Below, in pieces: positions 9,884-19,933 of a DNA stretch of 64,000 bases (within the stretch, counting starts at the first letter, position 1; every line of letters starts with the position of its first letter). The translations under genes and the position numbers were made by a program. The notes beneath the pieces were generated by a model. It searched no databases. It was given only the letters and a program-made list of their open reading frames with translations, and had not been told where the DNA came from. The stretch is taken from positions 54,306-118,305 of the forward strand of contig JAQUNI010000001.1 of assembly GCA_028717685.1 (NCBI GenBank), written 5' to 3'. This DNA comes from Patescibacteria group bacterium (GTDB lineage: Bacteria > Patescibacteriota > JAQUNI01).

Positions 9884-11242
9884 ATGGCCGGAACGCAAAA
9901 TCAAAAAGAAATAGAAAAAATGCCGCCTCAAAATATTGAAGCCGAGAAATCGGTTTTAGGGGCGGTGATGCTTGATCAAGACGCAATCATAAAAATCGCG
10001 GACACGATTAATGCCCAGGATTTTTATGTGCAAAAAAACAAACAAATTTTTGAAGTAATGCTTGAGCTTTATGAAAAGAGAGAACCGATTGACATCTTAA
10101 GCCTGTCTAACTGCCTGGAAAACAAAGGCACATTAAAAGAGCTGGGGGGGTCAACGTATTTAACGAGCCTCGTGAATAGCGTGCCTAGCGCCGCGAATAT
10201 TTTGCATTACGCGAAGATTGTTCGGGAAAAAGCGACCTTGCGCAGACTGATTCAAACTGGCCAAAAGATTGTGGAGTTAGGATATCTGGAAGAAGAGGAT
10301 TTGGAAAAATTATTAGATAAAGCAGAGCAAGGATTATTTTCCGTTTCCCAGAAATACTTAAAACACAATTTCATCCCCATCCAGAGTATTTTAACCGAGG
10401 CCTTTGACCGCATTGATGAACTCCACAAACAGAAAGGCAAGCTCCGCGGCTTGCCGACAGGCTTTACAGATTTAGATAATCTCCTGGCAGGTCTGCAAAA
10501 TTCCGACCTTATTGTCCTCGCCGCCAGACCTTCAATGGGGAAAACTTCTTTAGCCCTGGATATTGCCCGCCAAGTAGCCACGCAAACGAAAGTGCCGGTT
10601 GGCATCTTTAGTTTGGAAATGAGTAAAGAACAGCTTGTGGACCGTCTCCTTTGCGCCGAAGCGGGCGTGGACCTTTGGAAAATGCGTACCGGTAAAATTA
10701 AAGAGGATGAATTCCCATATATTGGCGAGGCAATGGGCGTTTTGGCGGAAACGCCGATCTTTTTAGATGATTCCGCAACCAGTAATATTATGGAAATCCG
10801 CACTAAAGCCCGCCGCCTGCAAATGGAGCATAAAGTGGGACTCTTAATTATTGATTATTTGCAGTTGATGGAGGGCCGCACAACTGACAATCGGGTGCAG
10901 GAAGTTTCAGAAATTTCCCGCAATTTAAAGGCAATTGCCAGAGAACTTAATATCCCCGTCCTTGCTTTGTCTCAGCTCTCGCGCGCCGTGGAATCGCGCT
11001 CACCGGCCATTCCTCAACTTTCTGATTTACGCGAATCGGGCAGTATTGAACAAGATGCCGATGTGGTAATATTTATCTATCGGGAAGTAATGTACAAGCG
11101 GGAAACCGAACGCGCTAATATTGCCGACATCTTTATTAAAAAACACCGCAATGGTCCTACTGGCCAACTGGAGCTTTATTTTAACGAAAATCAAGCTTCA
11201 TTCAAAAATCTAGACAGGCAACACAGTGAACTAACTACCTAA
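9884..11242 (+). CDS. dnaB: replicative DNA helicase
   Basis: 452 aa, N-terminal PQNIEAEKSVLGAVM, Walker A ARPSMGKTS, DnaB C-terminal RecA-like domain. Confidence 0.92.
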   Translation: MAGTQNQKEIEKMPPQNIEAEKSVLGAVMLDQDAIIKIADTINAQDFYVQKNKQIFEVMLELYEKREPIDILSLSNCLENKGTLKELGGSTYLTSLVNSVPSAANILHYAKIVREKATLRRLIQTGQKIVELGYLEEEDLEKLLDKAEQGLFSVSQKYLKHNFIPIQSILTEAFDRIDELHKQKGKLRGLPTGFTDLDNLLAGLQNSDLIVLAARPSMGKTSLALDIARQVATQTKVPVGIFSLEMSKEQLVDRLLCAEAGVDLWKMRTGKIKEDEFPYIGEAMGVLAETPIFLDDSATSNIMEIRTKARRLQMEHKVGLLIIDYLQLMEGRTTDNRVQEVSEISRNLKAIARELNIPVLALSQLSRAVESRSPAIPQLSDLRESGSIEQDADVVIFIYREVMYKRETERANIADIFIKKHRNGPTGQLELYFNENQASFKNLDRQHSELTT

Positions 11243-11328
11243 CTGTCATTTCATAAAGCAGCCTGCCATGGGCGGACTTCGTCACGCCGAAGGCGGACTC
11301 CTCGCGTAATGACATTTATTTACTAACT

Positions 11329-11610
11329 ATGTTTGACTCTCTTAAAAATCTCAACCAATTAAGGCAACAAGCTAAAAAAATCAAAAAAGAATTAGGTAAA
11401 GAAATCTTGATCGGCACCGCGGAAGATGGCAAAATTCAAATCACGATGGACGGCAACCAAGAGGTGAAGGCTGTGCGCGTAGAACCGGATTTGCTTACTT
11501 CCGAAAACAAGGAAAAAATTGAAAAAGGCATCAAAGAAGCGATTACCCAATGCATTACCCAAATGCAAATGGCGATGGCAAGGAAGATGCAGAATGGAGG
11601 AATGTTTTAA
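11329..11610 (+). CDS. ybaB: nucleoid-associated protein YbaB/EbfC
   Basis: 93 aa with the typical YbaB pattern; sits upstream of recR, the classic arrangement. Confidence 0.85.
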   Translation: MFDSLKNLNQLRQQAKKIKKELGKEILIGTAEDGKIQITMDGNQEVKAVRVEPDLLTSENKEKIEKGIKEAITQCITQMQMAMARKMQNGGMF

Positions 11611-11746
11611 GTTAAAAGTTAAAAGTGCAAAGTGAAAAGTTGAATTTAAAGTTTAAAGTTTCTTTTGTAAAAGCAGCTGCTCCGCAATAATTTTGTACTT
11701 TAAACCGCAATTTTGAACTTTGAATTTTTAACTTTGAACTAATTTT

Positions 11747-12352
11747 ATGTCTCTTCTTCCCCAATCCATAAAAGATTTAATAGACGAATTTGCCAAGCTG
11801 CCCGGCATCGGTCCTAAGACCGCGGCTAGGCTTACTTTTTATTTATTAAAACAGCCGGATCAAGAACTGGAACGTTTTGGCGAAACCTTGCAAAATCTAA
11901 AGCAGAAAATCAACCTCTGCCCCACTTGCTTTACATTAGTTCAAAATAACTTCTGTCCTTTTTGCGATAATGTTAACCGCGATTCTGATCTAATCTGCAT
12001 AGTGGAAGAACCTTTGGATATTATTGCCCTGGAAAAAACCAAAGAATACCGCGGGCTTTACCATGTCCTCCACGGCATCATTTCACCGATGGATGGAATC
12101 GGACCCGAACACCTAAAAATCCCCGAGCTAATCTCCCGCATTAAAAAAAATAAACCCAAGGAGATTATCATCGCGACCAATCCCTCTCTTGAGGGAGAGG
12201 CAACGGCGATGTATTTACAACGGATTTTAAAAGATTTCAAGATCAAGCTTACTCGCCTTGGACGGGGATTGCCCACAGGCGGCGAATTGGAATATGCGGA
12301 TGAAATTACCCTAGTGAACGCTCTGCAAGGGCGGAGAGAAATAAAGCTGTAA
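11747..12352 (+). CDS. recR: recombination protein RecR
   Basis: 201 aa, helix-hairpin-helix, C4 zinc finger CPTCFTLVQNNFCPFC, Toprim domain. Confidence 0.92.
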   Translation: MSLLPQSIKDLIDEFAKLPGIGPKTAARLTFYLLKQPDQELERFGETLQNLKQKINLCPTCFTLVQNNFCPFCDNVNRDSDLICIVEEPLDIIALEKTKEYRGLYHVLHGIISPMDGIGPEHLKIPELISRIKKNKPKEIIIATNPSLEGEATAMYLQRILKDFKIKLTRLGRGLPTGGELEYADEITLVNALQGRREIKL

Positions 12353-12407
12353 AACAAAATATAGAGACGCAATTCATCATATCTCTATAACATATTGATT
12401 CTATTTT

Positions 12408-12448
12408 CTATAGAGACAGGTTTAAAATTTGTCTCTATAGTTTTTTTT
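12408..12448 (+). terminator. intrinsic terminator after recR
   Basis: Perfect 10-bp stem ctatagagac / gtctctatag with 13-nt loop, followed by T8. Confidence 0.7.
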
Positions 12449-12452
12449 ATTT

Positions 12453-12492
12453 ACCCCGTTAGATTCGGTTTAGAAATATATTTCTAAACGGG
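12453..12492. repeat. copy of the CCCCGTTAGA palindromic motif family
   Basis: ccccgttagattcg-gtttagaaatatatttctaaac-ggg; inner part is a perfect palindrome. Confidence 0.5.
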
Positions 12493-12499
12493 ATTGGAT

Positions 12500-12823
12500 C
12501 TAACCTGGTTTACACACAATCTCTTGCACTTGTAAAACTGTATACTGCGGACGAAAACCTTGCCTTTTGGTATATCGCTTTTTCGCTTTGAATTTCAAAA
12601 TATGCACTTTTTTACCTTTCTTCGCTGGCTCCAAAACCTTGACGGAAACCAAAGCGCCAGAGACGCGCGGCTGACCGATCTTAATCCCTTTGTCATCTGC
12701 ATATGCTAGAACATCATCTAAATTCACGATTTCTTCTTTTTGGACATCCATTTTATCCACTTCTAAAACATCACCCCGCGAAACCATATATTGTTTTCCC
12801 TGAACACGAATAATCGCAAACAT
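12500..12823 (-). CDS. rplU: 50S ribosomal protein L21
   Basis: 107 aa, MFAIIRVQGKQYMVSRGDVL... typical of bL21. Confidence 0.9.
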   Translation of the reverse strand: MFAIIRVQGKQYMVSRGDVLEVDKMDVQKEEIVNLDDVLAYADDKGIKIGQPRVSGALVSVKVLEPAKKGKKVHILKFKAKKRYTKRQGFRPQYTVLQVQEIVCKPG

Positions 12824-12915
12824 AAAATAAGGTAAATAATAATACGTGTTGAGATTATAGCAAAAAAAGAAAAACTGGTCAAATAAAAATAATACGCGCT
12901 TCTCTAGAAAAGGTG

Positions 12916-14037
12916 CTATAAAGAAACATTACGCGCCTCCTTACGGCGGTACCGCAAAACCAAGGTTAAAGCCAGACTAACCATAACGACGATCATAATG
13001 ATCAGCGCCAAAAGTTTTTCTTTAGCTTGTAGAAACAAACCCGAAACCCCAAAGGCAAAAGATAAAAAATATAGAAAGAGCACGGCTTGACGATGAGTAA
13101 AGCCAATGCCCAAAAGACGGAAATGCAGATGTTTTGCGTCGCCCTTAAATGGCGAACGGTGCTCAAAAAAGACACGGCGGCAAATCACCCACAATGCGTC
13201 TAAAATCGGAATCCCCATAATAAGGAGCGTGGTGGCGATTTTTCCTCCCGCTAAAATAGCAAGCACCGCAAGCATAAAACCAGCGAACGTACTCCCGCCT
13301 TCGCCTAAAAAAATCTTCGCTGGATGGAAATTCAGAACTAAAAACCCCAAGAATGCGCCGGCGCAAATCACGGATAATAAAGCCGTTTCTGGCTGGTGCA
13401 CGGCTTGGCTTAAACTTAAAAAAAACAAAATGCCTGCTCCAATCGCTGTAACCCCCGAAGCCAAACCATCCAAACCATCCAGATATTTCGTAGTGTAGAT
13501 CATGCCCAAAATCCAGAAAAAGGCAAACAAATCCGCAAACAAAGTAAGATAATAAGGAATACCCGCTAAAGTAAAAATATGGATTTTCACCTGATCAAAA
13601 TAAAAAAGCCCACCCAAAGGATTAGTCGCGTATTTGATGCCAATGCCGGAAGCTACGATGGCGGCAGCGGCAAGGAGCGGCCAGATAAACTGCTTCCACG
13701 GTTTCAAATTATATTTGTCGTCTAAAATTCCTCCAATCATTAAAAATAAGCCGCCTATTAAGACGCCAATAATATTTTTCAGCCTAATCGTGCCTGTGGC
13801 TAAACTATGCGTAAAGAAAAGGTAAAATAGAACTACCAAAGCGAAAGCCGCATAAACCGCCAGACCGCCTAAAAGAGGAATCGGCGCCTTTTGAATCTTG
13901 CGTGGTAAAATTGGATAATCCAAAATCTTGAAATGCAAAGCCAACTTGCGTACTAAAAAAGTCAAAATCAAACATAGCAACGCTCCAATGAAAAAGGGAG
14001 GAATAAAACTGGCTAAATTATAATTGAAAGTTGACAT
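12916..14037 (-). CDS. glycosyltransferase family 4 polyprenyl-phosphate sugar-1-phosphate transferase (MraY/WecA family)
   Basis: 373 aa, about 10 TM helices, IPLLGG loop, conserved D-x-x-D region and DAKHLHFRLL motif. Confidence 0.65.
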   Translation of the reverse strand: MSTFNYNLASFIPPFFIGALLCLILTFLVRKLALHFKILDYPILPRKIQKAPIPLLGGLAVYAAFALVVLFYLFFTHSLATGTIRLKNIIGVLIGGLFLMIGGILDDKYNLKPWKQFIWPLLAAAAIVASGIGIKYATNPLGGLFYFDQVKIHIFTLAGIPYYLTLFADLFAFFWILGMIYTTKYLDGLDGLASGVTAIGAGILFFLSLSQAVHQPETALLSVICAGAFLGFLVLNFHPAKIFLGEGGSTFAGFMLAVLAILAGGKIATTLLIMGIPILDALWVICRRVFFEHRSPFKGDAKHLHFRLLGIGFTHRQAVLFLYFLSFAFGVSGLFLQAKEKLLALIIMIVVMVSLALTLVLRYRRKEARNVSL

Positions 14038-14145
14038 TGAAAAAAATTAAAAATGAAAAGTGAAAAATGTAAAATTAAATTGAAAACAATTTTTTCATTT
14101 TAGATTGTGATTTTTAATTTTTCATTTTATATTTTACGTTTTCTA

Positions 14146-15735
14146 CTACACTTCCTTAAACAGCGCGCTGGAATGGGCTTTTGCGTCTTTGATATTTTCG
14201 GCTTTATGCAGCCGCGGTTTAGGCGTTACTAAAAAGCCCATATATTTTTTTAAGGCAAGTCGCGTCTGGGCGTCAATCGCGGGCACGCTCCCAAAAAAGA
14301 TGGTTACAACGGGCAGTAAAATCCACTGTAAAACCATATAAAAATACTCATAACGCCGATGCCGTTTGGGTCGCGGCGGCACTAAAACTGTGGAAATAAT
14401 CGCGGAAACGAAAATCCCAACCATAGAAAGGGACATTAAAAGCCGCGTCAAATAGGGAAGATTGCGCGCTAACACTGTTTCCCGAAAATCATCGCCTCCC
14501 AGAAATATGGGCATCCAACCGACAACCATTAAAATAATCGCCGTTACCGCCCAAGAATATTTTCCCTCTAACTCCCTGTAAATAATGCGCGTCTTTTTGA
14601 AAAAAGGAATGCCGCGCGTTCTTATGGAACGAAAAATCACATAAGGCAAATTTTCCACGCCCCAACCCCAACGCCTCCGCTGTTTATATTGATTTACAAT
14701 ACTTTCCCAAAAAGATCTGCCCAAAACCGTATCCATAGAGACCGGCATATAAAGAGGAATCACGCGATAGTTCCCGCGATAATGGAAAAAGCATTGATAG
14801 AAAATGCGCGAGTCTTCCGAGACGATATTCGTCTGCCAAAAACCGATTTCCACCGCGGTTTGGAAGCTCATCGCGTGGGAAGAAAAAGTTCCCATTCGCT
14901 CTGGACGCTCCTGCTCCATCATATGCCAAAAGGTAGTGGAAGCGCTAGCCACGCGCGCGAGAGCCGGCGCATCCCAAAGGTTGTTATTAAAGAAAGGAAC
15001 AGGTTGGTAGGAAGCGCGCGTCCGATTTGGTGTCGCAAGATAATGATAGGCAAGACAGGAAAAATATCTGGGGTGGACACAGGTATCGGCGTCAAAAACA
15101 GAAACGATCACATTGTCATAGGGGATACCCTCTCTATCAAGCCATTTTTGGACCTCGCGACCCGCCCAAGTCTCGTTAGAACCCTTGCCGGCAAGTTCGC
15201 CGATAATATCGCCAGGGTGCACCGTAACCATAAATTTATAAAACTTGCTGCCAAATTTTTCTTCTAGGGCACCTGCGTTTTTTAAACCGTTTTCACAATC
15301 CCTCTCTTCCACGCCGAGCACAACAATCATCTTCCCTGTAGGATAATCGGAATCCACTAGGGCTTTAAAAGTGGTTTCTAAAACCTCCAATTCTTCTTTA
15401 TAAGTAGGCAGGATAATCAAATGATAAAGCTCGCTCCATTTTTTATCACCCTGAAAGCTCTGGCATTTTGAGAACCAATCCGTTTTCAGATAGCGCTTCA
15501 TGCGAAAATAAGAAGCAACCTGGTGGATGCAAAGATAAGAAACGCGCAAGAGCCAGTGCAAATCAAAGGCAATAATAAAAATCGCCACGGAGACAGGCTC
15601 AATAAATGAGAATATAATACAAGAAAGAAGCGTGCCCCAAGCCAAAGCCGCAGGAAGAATTTCTAAACTGCGATAAAGAATCCGATCAGAGGGGCTATCT
15701 AAACTTGTGTAGTGAGCGATACCTTTAGGGTCCAT
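14146..15735 (-). CDS. membrane glycosyltransferase family 2, processive type
   Basis: 529 aa with VFDADT (DXD) and QRRRWGWG (Q-x-x-RW) motifs of cellulose/chitin-synthase-like GT2 enzymes, flanked by TM segments. Confidence 0.7.
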   Translation of the reverse strand: MDPKGIAHYTSLDSPSDRILYRSLEILPAALAWGTLLSCIIFSFIEPVSVAIFIIAFDLHWLLRVSYLCIHQVASYFRMKRYLKTDWFSKCQSFQGDKKWSELYHLIILPTYKEELEVLETTFKALVDSDYPTGKMIVVLGVEERDCENGLKNAGALEEKFGSKFYKFMVTVHPGDIIGELAGKGSNETWAGREVQKWLDREGIPYDNVIVSVFDADTCVHPRYFSCLAYHYLATPNRTRASYQPVPFFNNNLWDAPALARVASASTTFWHMMEQERPERMGTFSSHAMSFQTAVEIGFWQTNIVSEDSRIFYQCFFHYRGNYRVIPLYMPVSMDTVLGRSFWESIVNQYKQRRRWGWGVENLPYVIFRSIRTRGIPFFKKTRIIYRELEGKYSWAVTAIILMVVGWMPIFLGGDDFRETVLARNLPYLTRLLMSLSMVGIFVSAIISTVLVPPRPKRHRRYEYFYMVLQWILLPVVTIFFGSVPAIDAQTRLALKKYMGFLVTPKPRLHKAENIKDAKAHSSALFKEV

Positions 15736-15793
15736 AAAAAAAATGTAAAATTAAAAATGAAAAATGTAAAATAACATTTGAGATTTTACATTT

Positions 15794-16207
15794 TTACTGG
15801 TTAATATAAATAAGACTTACTGCTCCGATTAAAACAAAAATTTGCACCGTGAACGCGGTTAAAAGTAAAATATAATTTACAAGACGATCTTTCAAATAAA
15901 ACCAAAAACCGAGGACAAAATTCATTAAGATAATGAAGAGCCCGATTAAAGGAAGGGTAAAAACACGGTGATAAGAACCGATTAAATCAATGCCAAAATA
16001 GATATTATAATGAAGAGGAATGGGATATTCCGAGGGTTTGATAAAATAAGCCAAAAAAATCCAACTTAAAATGTTAAAAAATAAGCTCCCCAAAAAAAAT
16101 CCTAAATTAGTTTTATTGCGCCAAAACTGGGCGCGAAAAAAGCTCCGGACATAAGCCCAGAAATGGCGAAAAATATTCGGTTTTTCTTGATTCTGAACTT
16201 CTTGCAT
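15794..16207 (-). CDS. hypothetical membrane protein
   Basis: 137 aa, four hydrophobic segments, no motif recognised. Confidence 0.4.
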   Translation of the reverse strand: MQEVQNQEKPNIFRHFWAYVRSFFRAQFWRNKTNLGFFLGSLFFNILSWIFLAYFIKPSEYPIPLHYNIYFGIDLIGSYHRVFTLPLIGLFIILMNFVLGFWFYLKDRLVNYILLLTAFTVQIFVLIGAVSLIYINQ

Positions 16208-16414
16208 CTTGCTATAACTATATCTAAAAAAGCCTTAAAAGTAAACCCCGTTAGAGAATTTTGTCGTCCTTCGGTTCTTTGAGCTGAGCTCAAAATTATA
16301 TCCCTACTGTTCATAAATTAGATTGCTAAAATGTGGAATATTTTCTATAATAAATACGAAGTGACATCAGTAAACCCCATTAGGGAACGAAGCTTTCTAG
16401 CAGGGTAAATAAAA

Positions 16415-18019
16415 ATGCACACAAAAAGCAAAATCACAGTAGTTTTATTTTTACTGATTTTGATTCTCGCCGGCGTCTTCCGTTTTTGGCAAATCAGGGA
16501 TCTTCCTGGCGGACTCTACTCGGATGAAGGCGCGAATGGCTTGGATGTTTTGGATATCTTATCCGGCAAGAACCGCGATGTCTTTTATGAGCGCAACTAT
16601 GGTCGGGAGGGATTATTCTTCTACCTGCTCGCTCTCTCGGTTAAAATTTTTGGCATTGGTGTCTGGCAAATGAAAATCGTCTCGGGGATTTTAGGAATCC
16701 TCACGATTATCGGCCTTTATCTCTTGACCAAAACACTTTTTAACCGCACGATCGCCCTTTTAGCCTCTCTATTTGCCGCAGTGTCTATTCCTTATACTTT
16801 CTTGAGCCGCGTGGCTTTCCGCGCCAATATGCTGCCTTTTGTCTCGGTTTTTCTTTTTTATTTCTGCGTGAAGACCCTCAAAGATAAAAAGGATAAATAC
16901 TTTTATTCTTTTTTAGCCGGCATCTTCTTAGCCTTAGGATTTTATACTTATATTTCTTTCCGCATTATCCCCTTCTGCATCATCGCTCTTATTATCCTAT
17001 TTGAAATTATTTGCCGCCGCACTGGCAACCCGAAAGGATTTATTGTCCCTCACCGAAAACAAATTTTCACTGCTCTTATTGCTTTTCTGATTGCCATCGC
17101 GCCTCTTGCTTTCTATTTCTACCAACACCCCTCTTCTTTTTTTGGCCGCGCCAATGATGTTTCTATTTTGAATCCCAATCTAGCGCATGGCCCTTTTTAT
17201 TATCTCCTCCGTAATGTTGGTCTCACCGCAATTATGTTTAATGTCTATGGCGATGCCAATTGGCGCCATAATCTTTCGGAAGCGCCATTTTTTGACCCTG
17301 TGACTGGCGTTCTTTTCTTAGTCGGCTTGATCATCGCGGCGACTATATTTTTAAAAACAGGTTTAAAAGTTTTAAAGCATAAAGACATCGCTTTGCGCGA
17401 AACCTTTGCCGGCTATCTTCTTATTTTTGGCTGGCTTTTCAGCCTCCTTGTTCCGATGATAGCAACAGAAGAAGCAATTCCGCATTTCTTGCGCAGTATT
17501 GGCATTATCCCTGTCGTGTTTATTTTTCCCGCTTTGGGTCTGCGCGCCCTTTTCTTACGCATCCGCTACCGACCAGTGATGCTCGGTTTCCTGCTTCTTC
17601 TTTTAGTTGTCTTTGTGGTTAATTATAATCTCTGGCTATATTTTCAAGTAGCTAAAAACTCTTACGGATATTATACCTCCTATTATGGCGATTTAACTTT
17701 GGTCAGTAACTATATCAATGAAATTAACACGGGTAATACTAAATCCTCTCTCACTACTAGCGCTAATACTTTTCTAGTGCTTGATGATAAGGCTGACCGC
17801 ACTGTCAGCTTCTTAACTGCGCCCGCGAATCCTTATACTTTAATACCAATCAACGCAGAGATAAAAACGACCTATCCCGAAAGCGCGAAAATTATCTTCC
17901 CCTCTTTAAGTTTTAATCGCTTGGCTTCCTTCCAGAATATTTTCCCGGAAGCGAGATTAGTCTACGAAGAATACAATCGGTTTGGGGAAAAGGCGTTTGA
18001 AGTATATACCCTGCAATAA
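16415..18019 (+). CDS. GT-C glycosyltransferase family 39 (ArnT/PMT-like)
   Basis: 534 aa polytopic protein with the first-loop acidic motif (YSDEGANGLD) typical of ArnT/PMT-type GT-C enzymes. Confidence 0.7.
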   Translation: MHTKSKITVVLFLLILILAGVFRFWQIRDLPGGLYSDEGANGLDVLDILSGKNRDVFYERNYGREGLFFYLLALSVKIFGIGVWQMKIVSGILGILTIIGLYLLTKTLFNRTIALLASLFAAVSIPYTFLSRVAFRANMLPFVSVFLFYFCVKTLKDKKDKYFYSFLAGIFLALGFYTYISFRIIPFCIIALIILFEIICRRTGNPKGFIVPHRKQIFTALIAFLIAIAPLAFYFYQHPSSFFGRANDVSILNPNLAHGPFYYLLRNVGLTAIMFNVYGDANWRHNLSEAPFFDPVTGVLFLVGLIIAATIFLKTGLKVLKHKDIALRETFAGYLLIFGWLFSLLVPMIATEEAIPHFLRSIGIIPVVFIFPALGLRALFLRIRYRPVMLGFLLLLLVVFVVNYNLWLYFQVAKNSYGYYTSYYGDLTLVSNYINEINTGNTKSSLTTSANTFLVLDDKADRTVSFLTAPANPYTLIPINAEIKTTYPESAKIIFPSLSFNRLASFQNIFPEARLVYEEYNRFGEKAFEVYTLQ

Positions 18020-18044
18020 TTTTTTTACTATTTATCAAAATTTA

Positions 18045-18181
18045 ATAATTTTCCCTGCGAAAAATTTTCAATTTTCAATTTCTAATTTTTATTAAATTTT
18101 TAATCTTAAAATTTTTAAACATTTAAAATTGATTTATTGAAAATTTAATAAAAATTGAAAATTAGAAATTAAAAATTACTT
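18045..18181. repeat. AT-rich MITE-like element, copy A (terminal inverted repeats aattttcaatttctaattt / aaattagaaattaaaaatt)
   Basis: Left TIR 18070..18088, right TIR about 18160..18178; element ends in aaaattactt directly abutting the ATG of the next gene. Highly similar to copy B. Confidence 0.55.
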
Positions 18182-19933
18182 ATGAAATGGCTCACTAAAT
18201 TTGCTCCTCCTCTTCTGATCACTATAATAGTTTTGGTTTCCTTTTTTTCGGTCCAAAAAGATTCCGCGATTATGGATGAGGTCGCCCATATCCCTGCTGG
18301 CTATTCCTACCTGAAATTTGGAGACTACCGCTTAAATCCCGAGCATCCCCCTTTAGCGAAAATGCTGTCCGCTCTTCCTCTCCTTTTCTTGCACCTCCAA
18401 TTCCCCTTAAACCATCCCACTTGGACAACCGACGTGAATGGTCAATGGGAAGCGGGATATCAGTTTTTATACCACCTTGGCAATGACGCGGATCAAATAC
18501 TCTTTTGGTCGCGCCTGCCGATTATCGCTCTTTTAATCTTGCTGGGGATCTATGTCTGGAAATGGGCAAAAGAGCTCCTGGGGGCAAAATGGGCGCTGGC
18601 GGTTCTGTTTTTGTATGCTTTCTCTCCCACGATTATTGCCCATAGCCACTATGTGACCACTGATTTAGCCGCAACATGTTTTATCTTTATCGCCTTTTAT
18701 TATTTTGTTCATTATTTAAAAAAACCGAGCCTTAAGAATACTCTTTTGGCTGGTCTTGCTCTGGGCTTAGCCGAGGTCGCTAAATTTTCGGCGGTTCTTC
18801 TTTTCCCGTGTTTTGTTCTCCTTGCCCTTATTCCCCTCCTTTTAAACAGGTCTCCCCAAACTTCTTGGCTCAAGCAAACAAAAAACCATATCGGCAAATT
18901 TATCCTCATTTGTTTGATCGCGCTCGGAGTAATCCTTATTGTCTATCAACCCGCGGTCTGGGCTTTCAATTTAGAAAAACAACAAGAATTAATCCGCGGT
19001 TCTATCGGACCGGAAAAAATTGAAAATATTGTGCTCGCTATAAGTAAAATCCCAGGAGCGCAAGGTTTTGCCCAATATATCTTGGGCGTTGTGATGGTCT
19101 TTGCCCGCGTGGGAGGCGGCAACACCAATTACTTCTTGGGTCAGGTTTCTAATCAAGGGTGGTGGTATTATTTCCCAACCTGTTTTTTTCTAAAAGAAAC
19201 AATTTCGGTCTTAATCTTAACAGGATTAGCTTTGCTTTTTGTGATTCGCAAATTTGTCATCAATCTCGTAAAAGACCGTCCGCGCAAATGGCTTCCTTGG
19301 TTTAGGGAATACGCGCTTTGTCATCTGGCGGAAATCTCAATGGTAGTTTTTATCATTGTTTATGGGGTAGTCAGCATGAGAGGCAAACTGAACTTAGGCG
19401 TCCGCCACATTATGGTCCTTTTCCCCTTTATCTATATTTTAATCATTAAAGAATTCAAACGGCGTATAGCAGAAACTGCCTATAAAAAACTTTTCACAGG
19501 AATATTGATTGTTCTCCTTGTTTGGGTTGGCGTGGAAGTCACGATAAATTATCCTTCGTACCTTGCTTATTATAACGAGCTTGGTGGCGGTCCGAAGAAT
19601 GGCTATAAATTGATCACAGATTCCAATCTGGACTGGGGGCAGGATTTAAGACGTATGGCGGAATGGGTGAACGCCAATCCTGAAATCTCAAAAATTAAAG
19701 TAGATTATTTTGGCGGCGGAGTGCCCTCTTATTATCTTGGCGATAAATATCAAGAATGGCATTCGCAAAATGGACCAACAACGGGTTGGATTGCTGTCAG
19801 CGCAAATTATTTTTCTGAAAGTATTTATCGCAAAGATTCCACCTTTGCCACCTCTTACTATTATCTAGAATTAAAAAAGCCCGAAAAAATCTTCGGGCAT
19901 TCCATATTTGTGTATTATATACCGGAGGAATAA
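18182..19933 (+). CDS. GT-C glycosyltransferase family 39 (ArnT/PMT-like), second tandem paralog
   Basis: 583 aa polytopic protein; loop motif MDEVAHIPAGYSY and PEHPPLAKML resemble the ArnT/PMT family. Confidence 0.7.
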   Translation: MKWLTKFAPPLLITIIVLVSFFSVQKDSAIMDEVAHIPAGYSYLKFGDYRLNPEHPPLAKMLSALPLLFLHLQFPLNHPTWTTDVNGQWEAGYQFLYHLGNDADQILFWSRLPIIALLILLGIYVWKWAKELLGAKWALAVLFLYAFSPTIIAHSHYVTTDLAATCFIFIAFYYFVHYLKKPSLKNTLLAGLALGLAEVAKFSAVLLFPCFVLLALIPLLLNRSPQTSWLKQTKNHIGKFILICLIALGVILIVYQPAVWAFNLEKQQELIRGSIGPEKIENIVLAISKIPGAQGFAQYILGVVMVFARVGGGNTNYFLGQVSNQGWWYYFPTCFFLKETISVLILTGLALLFVIRKFVINLVKDRPRKWLPWFREYALCHLAEISMVVFIIVYGVVSMRGKLNLGVRHIMVLFPFIYILIIKEFKRRIAETAYKKLFTGILIVLLVWVGVEVTINYPSYLAYYNELGGGPKNGYKLITDSNLDWGQDLRRMAEWVNANPEISKIKVDYFGGGVPSYYLGDKYQEWHSQNGPTTGWIAVSANYFSESIYRKDSTFATSYYYLELKKPEKIFGHSIFVYYIPEE

